From: Bdellovibrionales bacterium
Lineage (GTDB): Bacteria > Bdellovibrionota > Bdellovibrionia > Bdellovibrionales > JAGQZY01
NCBI GenBank assembly: GCA_964230645.1
Contig: CAXRHT010000001.1
Location: 512,001 to 576,000, forward strand
Direction of reading: 5' to 3'
DNA length: 64,000 nucleotides
In this document: positions 57,918 to 64,000 of the stretch, one piece after another
Numbering within the stretch: the first letter of the stretch is position 1
Layout: each line of letters opens with the position of its first letter
Position numbers and translations under genes: made by a program
The notes under the pieces: model-generated
The model's input: the letters and a program-made list of their open reading frames with translations, nothing else
Database searches by the model: none
What the model was told of the DNA's origin: nothing

Positions 57918-59190
57918 GGAACCTCGCTTTGGAAACAAGGACCACCAGAGGGATACAAAACAATAAAAGGCTTGTAAAAAAATAAAGACCTTCTTGAAAG
58001 AGACAGCCCACGACCCCTGCAACAATAGTGAATATGAAAACCAACGGCCAAGCGTAAGCCACTTTTCCTGGCACTGAATTCTTCAGTGGGCTAAGCCGTG
58101 TTTTTTCTTTCATTTTTCGGGTGCGGCTCCAATAGGTGGCTACACCCATAATCATCACAAGTAACGAGCAAAGTGCAAAAAGAAGCCAGATAATTTTGAA
58201 GAGCAAGCCACCATAATTACCAAAATGAAGGGGCTCGGAAAGAATCAGAGCTTTTAAATAGAAAGGGAGGTTGACCACCTCTCTGAGTCCTCCACTGTCT
58301 GCGCTAGAAAGGAGAATTTGGCTGGCCTGCTGACGTCCTAACCAAAACTTTTCCATCAAAAATACAAAATGGCCAGGGACTCCAAACTCTGTCCCAGGAA
58401 AGGAAACAAAAGAGATTTCCCCTTCTAAATTCTGATTTTGGACGTTGGCAATGGCATGTCCTAAGACCCCACTGCCTGAGACTTCAGAATTCACACTGTT
58501 TTCATATTTAGAGATGAGCTGATTCAAGGTAGAATACTGAAAGGCTTTAATAATCAGACTATTAAAAGCAAGAAGGGTCCCGGTAAACCCAACAATCAAA
58601 GCCCATCCAAAGCTGGTCACCCCTAGATACTTATGGAGATCGGCGAGCTTAAGCTTAAAAGGGTTTCGAATATCTCCGAAACTTCTTTTTTTCATCATGC
58701 GCCCGTAGATAAAGAATCCACTGATCAGTAGAAACACATAAAGAAAACCGACAAACCCAATGTACATTTTGCCAAAGAAACCTAGAAACAGTTCCCGATG
58801 AAGCTCCAAGAGCCAGGGGAAAAAGCCTGACTCCTCTTTCTTTGCTTCTCCTCGGATCTTTTTTTCCCGAATATCATATGTGATTTTTCGAGCTTCCCTT
58901 AAAGGAGTTTTAGCACTCTCACCCAGACGGATTTGAATCCAGTGGGCCTTTTTATGATCTTGAAAAGCGGCTAAAGGGTAAAGCTTAGGAAACTGGGCTT
59001 TTGTTTCCGTTAAGCCAGCGGAAAGTGAGTTCACCCAAGGCTCACCGAGTGGCTTTGAAGGAGAAGGACTGAACTCGTCTTTGAAAAGTAGCAGGATTCC
59101 AGTGAGTGACAATAGGAGAAAGTTAAAACTTATGAAAAGTCCAACGGCAGTATGGATCTTGTGGAATTTTTTATAAGTTTTATTTTTCAA
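57910..59190 (-). CDS. PepSY-associated TM helix protein, putative ferric-siderophore reductase
   Basis: His motifs KIHTAVG, ELHRELF, DLHKYLG and PLHFGNYGG. Likely start TTG 59190 (ORF track gives 59214). Confidence 0.85.
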   Translation of the reverse strand: MKNKTYKKFHKIHTAVGLFISFNFLLLSLTGILLLFKDEFSPSPSKPLGEPWVNSLSAGLTETKAQFPKLYPLAAFQDHKKAHWIQIRLGESAKTPLREARKITYDIREKKIRGEAKKEESGFFPWLLELHRELFLGFFGKMYIGFVGFLYVFLLISGFFIYGRMMKKRSFGDIRNPFKLKLADLHKYLGVTSFGWALIVGFTGTLLAFNSLIIKAFQYSTLNQLISKYENSVNSEVSGSGVLGHAIANVQNQNLEGEISFVSFPGTEFGVPGHFVFLMEKFWLGRQQASQILLSSADSGGLREVVNLPFYLKALILSEPLHFGNYGGLLFKIIWLLFALCSLLVMIMGVATYWSRTRKMKEKTRLSPLKNSVPGKVAYAWPLVFIFTIVAGVVGCLFQEGLYFFTSLLLFCIPLVVLVSKARFRV

Positions 59191-59250
59191 AGACCACCCC
59201 AACGGATTATTCAACCTGAACCATTCACTACGACATGATTTAGTTGGTAA

Positions 59251-59265
59251 CGAAAATTACTCTCA
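59251..59265 (-). promoter_or_regulatory. Putative Fur box upstream of the siderophore operon
   Basis: TGAGAGT-A-ATTTTCG on the minus strand resembles the 7-1-7 consensus TGATAAT-N-ATTATCA. Confidence 0.45.
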
Positions 59266-59485
59266 GTTTAAATAGGGTTTAATACCCTCAGGGTCAAATA
59301 AAGGGGGGAATAAAAATCTAAATGACTAGAAAGAGCCAAGTTTTCGAAAACTAAATGATAAATGAAATCCTATTGAAAATCTACGGACCATATATTGATA
59401 ATGGCTTGTCCACAGTAATGGCGTCAGATTTCTTGAAGAACAAGTAAATATATTAAATAATCGAGCAAAGCCCCATAGGAATCTC

Positions 59486-60052
59486 ATGTTAAAATACAAT
59501 CAAATCTATTTTTATCGCGTGCGCGGGCTGTGGAAATGGCAGACTTTTTTTAGCCTTCAGTCGTTTAAGGCTTTGAAAAATTCGAAACTGAGCTTTTCTA
59601 ATAAAGCGATTCTTACGTCTTTAACCCTCACTCAAGACATTTTTGGTCCGGCAAGAATGCACAGTTATGTGGACATTAATCCCTCGGATGATGGCGTTAC
59701 CTATACCACTCATTTGAAAAAATGGGGATTGACCCTTTACAAAAGCGTTGTGACTGTCACCCTAAGTTCTAACGGAAAAGATATGAATTTGAGGGGGGCT
59801 GAATATTGTTTTCCCAACCTGAAAAGAGGTGTTCCATTTGATCCGCAGATTGGCTTTGTCACAAAAACAACGACCAATGCCCACTATCAAATGCCTTTTA
59901 TGGGTCTACTTTGGGATTGTGAAACAACACTTAAACCTCCAGGCAAAATTAAAATTCGTCAGTCTTGGATGAAAGTGACCTTCGTTCTAAAAGAGGACTA
60001 CAACCAAATCCTAAAACAACGACTTGACGAAATTCCACCTCCGCCTCAATGA
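59486..60052 (+). CDS. Hypothetical protein, beta-rich
   Basis: 188-aa ORF with AGGA RBS. No family recognised. Confidence 0.6.
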   Translation: MLKYNQIYFYRVRGLWKWQTFFSLQSFKALKNSKLSFSNKAILTSLTLTQDIFGPARMHSYVDINPSDDGVTYTTHLKKWGLTLYKSVVTVTLSSNGKDMNLRGAEYCFPNLKRGVPFDPQIGFVTKTTTNAHYQMPFMGLLWDCETTLKPPGKIKIRQSWMKVTFVLKEDYNQILKQRLDEIPPPPQ

Positions 60053-60916
60053 AGCTTACGCAATTCCATTGCGATTTTTTTAAAATCACTGTTTTCCAAC
60101 TCCGATTTACGTTTAACAAGATAAACCTTAAATTTTCTCCCCTTTAACTCTCTAGGCTCCCTTAATCTTTTCAAATGGTAGCGACTCGTACGAGAGGCGT
60201 TGAACAGCTCAACGATAAACTTGGGGAAATAACACCACCCCCATTCCCACCGAAGCCCACTGCAGAGCTGTTTCCAAAAGTGACGTCTTATGACGAATAT
60301 TTCTTGTTATAATGTCATCGGAAAATCCATCGAGTCCCCTAGCTTTTGAAGGGGTTCCACTCACAGGAGTCACTGGAACGATAAAAGGCCAATCCTCAAA
60401 AGAACTTTTCGAGAAATTTTTATGGCCAAAAATCCCCATTTCAATACTTGTCACCTCTAAAGTGTCTAACTCAGGATGAGGAATGGGTAGGTAAGTAATT
60501 CCTATGTCTGCACGCCGAGCCTGAAGGTCGTCCTCAATTTCACCCGGGACTCTCTCTAGAACAGTCATCTTTTGTGCACTAAAATGCTTTCGAATAACCG
60601 GGGTGAGAAAGTAAGTCGAGAAAACTTCAAAGGTCGCAATTTTAAGATCTCTCTCCATTTTCTGATTCTGATTCAAACTTGATATTTGAGACAACCGCTC
60701 AAGAAGGGGATCACAGTGTGCTACTAATTGATGACCGTAATCAGTGATAACGATGCCTCGCCCAGACGGTACGATCAACTTTTGCCCCAACTCAACTTCT
60801 AAGGTTTTAATAGCTTTAGAAAGAGCAGGTTGAGAAATATTAAGCAGCTCGGAAGCCTTTGTGATCGAACCGGCTCGGCTGAGAACAGAAAAATAATGCA
60901 AGCGATTTATATCCAT
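60046..60916 (-). pseudogene. LysR-family regulator interrupted by a 1-bp insertion frameshift (pseudogene or sequencing error)
   Basis: HTH ASELLNISQPALSKAIK. After TTT CCC C the +1 frame reads KFIVELFN...VYLVKRKS...KKIAMELRKLH to TGA 60048-60046. Span is 871 nt (3n+1). Confidence 0.8.
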
Positions 60917-60995
60917 TGGTTATGGGTTTATAGTTATTATTCACTTTTTTTCAAGTAAAAATCGACCTAGATTACCTCTCACCAAGGAGGTTTCC

Positions 60996-61478
60996 ATGAA
61001 AAAATGGATCATTATCGCCACACTCATCCTTTCGCCTGGATTGAGGGCCCAAAGCTCGTTCGGGCAAGTTGACCCGTCTTGCTTTCGTCTGAAAGTTCAA
61101 ATTGGAGAAAAGGAATTCACCGATTATCTTCATATCATTGAGTCTACAGGAAGTGGTCTCGGTCCTCACCCTGGAAGAGTAAAAGCACGCCTGATCGTAC
61201 CGACGGCTCAAGGAGCTTCAACGACTACTAGTGAGTTCCGCTTTCACCCATGGGGTGGTATTTATAGCTTCAATATGCCTTTTGCTATTTATGAAAACGG
61301 GAAGTTTTTGCAATTCACTCTGCAAGGGACCTACCAAATCCCCTTCACGACAAAAGAAAAATTGCAATTCGGTGGTCACTTTGTACTCAGTGAGGAGGTG
61401 TCCTACCCCTTTACTGCAGAAAAGATTTCTGACTCTGCCACTCAATGTGGACCCTCGTTTGATTCAAATGAACCCTAA
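60996..61478 (+). CDS. Secreted hypothetical protein, divergent from the LysR gene
   Basis: AAGGAGG RBS, signal peptide MKKWIIIATLILSPGLRA and two Cys. Confidence 0.7.
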   Translation: MKKWIIIATLILSPGLRAQSSFGQVDPSCFRLKVQIGEKEFTDYLHIIESTGSGLGPHPGRVKARLIVPTAQGASTTTSEFRFHPWGGIYSFNMPFAIYENGKFLQFTLQGTYQIPFTTKEKLQFGGHFVLSEEVSYPFTAEKISDSATQCGPSFDSNEP

Positions 61479-61483
61479 CCAGG

Positions 61484-61509
61484 TGCTCCCTATTAAGGGA
61501 GCCCTCTTT
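61484..61509. terminator. Hairpin between convergent genes
   Basis: GCTCCCT-ATTA-AGGGAGC stem-loop followed by a weak pyrimidine tract. Confidence 0.45.
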
Positions 61510-64000
61510 CTAAAGCCAGACCTCATTATCTTTCACCGACTTATCGATAAAAGTGTTCAATGGATCAACACCGGCCTGAAATGGCTCTTCACTTAATTTT
61601 AATTCAAGGGTCTGCTCACCATTTTTAAGTCTATGAGGCTGGTAATAAATAAACTCCCCTTCTTTATTGCGAACGCCAATAGGGATCTCTTCGTTGAAAT
61701 CAACAAACTTTTCTTCTCCTTCAGGAGTGGCCTTAATCTTTTTAAGGTTTAATTTCAAAGTGACCTTATACTGACCTTCGGAAACCACTTCTTTTTCAGC
61801 CTTCATCACTCGATTCTCATAAAGAACAATCTGATTGAACAATTCATCAATCAACTGAGCTTTGTCAGGGACCTGGGCTTTAATTTCACTCACAAGCATC
61901 TGGGCGTGCGGTAAAAGTTTTGGTTCCTGCTCAAGGCCGTAACGAGCGATAAAATTTGCAATGATAATATTGAGTTTTTCTTCTCCAATCTCTTCTTTGA
62001 GGCGATATAATACTAGGGAGGCCTTTTGATAGTGAATGTAGCCTTGATTTTCATTCCTTGCCAACGGCATTTCCTCTTTGATTTCTTGTGAGCGACCCCT
62101 TAAGTATCGATTCAGCTCGTACTTTAAGAACTTTTTCATATGGTCTTTGCCGAAATGTTTTTCCATAACCATCAGAGCACCGTATTGAGCGAGTGACTCT
62201 ACCAACATGGTCGCGCCCGGCACTAATCCTCCCACTAACTGATGGCCAAACCATTGGTGAGCCAGCTCATGGGAAGTTATATAAAAAGGATAATCGATAC
62301 TATCCTCGTCCTCCAACTCTGCAATAAATCCAATGCCTTCAGAAAAAGGGATGGTGTTAGGAAAGGCTTGCGCAAAGGTTTGGTAACGGGGGAACTCAAA
62401 GATACGAAACTGCCGATACTGATAGGGACTAAAGTTTTTAGAAAAGTAGGCTAAGGATTCTTTGGCTGAGGCAATCATTTGATCGACATTCTTATCATGT
62501 CCTTTGTGATGGAAGACTTCAATCTTTACATCTTTCCATTGATCTCTAACAACTTCGTAGCGCGCGGAAAGAAAAGAGTAAAAATGCAGGATCGGAGTGT
62601 CGGTGTGATACTGAGCGTAGTAACGTCCCTTTTCTTGCCACTCTTTTTTTAAGTAGCCGGGTGCTACAATGACTTGATCCTCACTGGTACTTACTAAAGC
62701 ATTAAATTCAATCTTCATAGCATCAGGCGCTAAATAGGTATACTTTGAGCTTACCGGATTGTCGATGTCCAGAACCCTTGTCTGTTCCCCTAGACCATAA
62801 CGTCTGCGTTCTTTGATATTGGATTCTTCAAGCCCCATATCGTAGCCAAAAGAGGGGAAAATATTTCGCCCATTTATGAAAGTTCCATTCTTTACAATTG
62901 AAGTATCATTCTCTTCATTTTCAAAGCCTTGGTTCTTTATTTCGTACTCATAGGTCAACTTTCTCTTTTCGCCAGGCATGAGTGCTTTTTTGAGTTTAAT
63001 GACCTGTATTCCTAGAGCCTCATTGTCTTTTAAGATCTCAAAGCCTCCTTCAATAGTCATTTTTTGGAAATGAATTTTCGGCAAACTCAATAAAACTTCA
63101 CTCATAGGTTTTTCGAAACGATTGGTAATTATAAACTTCCCTGTGCCTTCGGCCCGTCTCTCTTCGGGGTACAAATGAAATTCAACGTCAACCTTGGTAA
63201 AATCAGGACGAGGAGCATATAGCCATTTTTCACGGTAGTTTTTTTCGTACTCAACACGGGCTCGAATACGATCATTGTTAAACTGGAATTCGTTGAGGAC
63301 ACTGGTGTTGTAGTAGGCATAAGCCCATAGGCTTGCAAATATTAGCACTAAGAAAACACTCACCCAGCGAAGGCGACCATGAAATTTTTCTTTCAACTGA
63401 GAAAGACGTTCTCTTAGAGCCCCCTCTTTTCCTCGCTGGCATAAATAAACAGCCAGAGCGGCAAAAAGAATAGAAAGAAAACCCCACATTGTTGAAAATA
63501 CGATATGTCCATACAAATTGGGTCCAAATCCATTCATATCCGAATAAAGAATAGTTGGAGAACTATTGATTCTAAATATGTTTCTCTCAATTCCAAAACT
63601 AGACCCATACACCAAATAGATATAATAAAGAATCATAGCTCCGTGGGCGATAAATTTATTATTGATCAAGGCATGAGCGAGGAATGCTAAACAACTCATT
63701 CCAAAATAAGCTGGATAGTGAACAAAAAAGAACTGCTGTAAATAAAGGCCCACTTCAAAATTATAGTAACCTTTGAAACTTTGAATGATTATTCCACACA
63801 CAGTCAGTAGGAGAAACAAAACAAAGAGCAAAAGATTAAGGGCCACAAGCTTTGGAAGCTTAAGTAACATCAAGGAGACAGGACTTGAATCAACGATTTC
63901 ATCAAAATTATTACCACGCTCTTTCCAAAGCATCTCCCCACTCCAGAACGTCAATATGATCAGGATAAAGAGACTAAAAACCGCCCCTAACATATCCACG
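61510..64000 (-). CDS. ABC-2-type permease / M1-family aminopeptidase fusion; 5' part lies outside the window
   Basis: N-terminal TM helices and YSDMNGFG. Peptidase motifs FAQAFPNTIPFSE, HELAHQWFG...ESLAQY and YQKAS. Confidence 0.88.
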   Translation of the reverse strand, partial: VDMLGAVFSLFILIILTFWSGEMLWKERGNNFDEIVDSSPVSLMLLKLPKLVALNLLLFVLFLLLTVCGIIIQSFKGYYNFEVGLYLQQFFFVHYPAYFGMSCLAFLAHALINNKFIAHGAMILYYIYLVYGSSFGIERNIFRINSSPTILYSDMNGFGPNLYGHIVFSTMWGFLSILFAALAVYLCQRGKEGALRERLSQLKEKFHGRLRWVSVFLVLIFASLWAYAYYNTSVLNEFQFNNDRIRARVEYEKNYREKWLYAPRPDFTKVDVEFHLYPEERRAEGTGKFIITNRFEKPMSEVLLSLPKIHFQKMTIEGGFEILKDNEALGIQVIKLKKALMPGEKRKLTYEYEIKNQGFENEENDTSIVKNGTFINGRNIFPSFGYDMGLEESNIKERRRYGLGEQTRVLDIDNPVSSKYTYLAPDAMKIEFNALVSTSEDQVIVAPGYLKKEWQEKGRYYAQYHTDTPILHFYSFLSARYEVVRDQWKDVKIEVFHHKGHDKNVDQMIASAKESLAYFSKNFSPYQYRQFRIFEFPRYQTFAQAFPNTIPFSEGIGFIAELEDEDSIDYPFYITSHELAHQWFGHQLVGGLVPGATMLVESLAQYGALMVMEKHFGKDHMKKFLKYELNRYLRGRSQEIKEEMPLARNENQGYIHYQKASLVLYRLKEEIGEEKLNIIIANFIARYGLEQEPKLLPHAQMLVSEIKAQVPDKAQLIDELFNQIVLYENRVMKAEKEVVSEGQYKVTLKLNLKKIKATPEGEEKFVDFNEEIPIGVRNKEGEFIYYQPHRLKNGEQTLELKLSEEPFQAGVDPLNTFIDKSVKDNEVWL

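Noticed and set aside
1..64000. rRNA, tRNA, prophage, integrase, transposase or known anti-phage defence genes
   Set aside because: None was recognised. Intergenic gaps are short and show no cloverleaf or rRNA signatures by eye, but a tRNAscan/Infernal/DefenseFinder run would be needed to be certain.

Overview
A gene-dense bacterial chromosomal window. Gene content points to a predatory Bdellovibrionota-like organism (inference): a TIGR02147-type regulator, many secreted or lipoprotein hypotheticals and peptidases, large prepilin-like proteins and sigma28-like CCGATA promoter elements. I found no rRNA, tRNA, CRISPR array, integrase or transposase. Main blocks from left to right: (1) a 5'-truncated DarB/StlD-type KAS III fused to a heme-oxygenase-like diiron domain, followed by a DUF6999-like protein and an MMPL exporter, the best candidate for an undescribed biosynthetic system; (2) a tesA/ybbA/ybbP-like operon; (3) stress, regulatory and proteolytic genes (coiled-coil Hsp20, Hsp33, SixA, Fis-like HTH, MsrA, rhomboid, CPBP, matrixins, an ACE-like M2 peptidase); (4) three tandem Cys-rich prepilin-like paralogs; (5) betT, apparently starting at a non-canonical ATT/ATC codon; (6) a LysR-linked Chlamydia-type folate operon (CADD, folB, folKP, CofE-like glutamyl ligase); (7) an iron block with feoAB and an aerobactin-type PepSY-MFS-iucABCD-TonB receptor operon; (8) a frameshifted LysR and a truncated ABC-permease/M1 aminopeptidase fusion. 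Non-coding signals include three kinds of palindromic repeat (two of which supply gene C-termini), a 196-bp near-perfect hairpin, a candidate sRNA and a poly-Arg uORF upstream of hslO. All family calls come from motif recognition by eye, without database searches.
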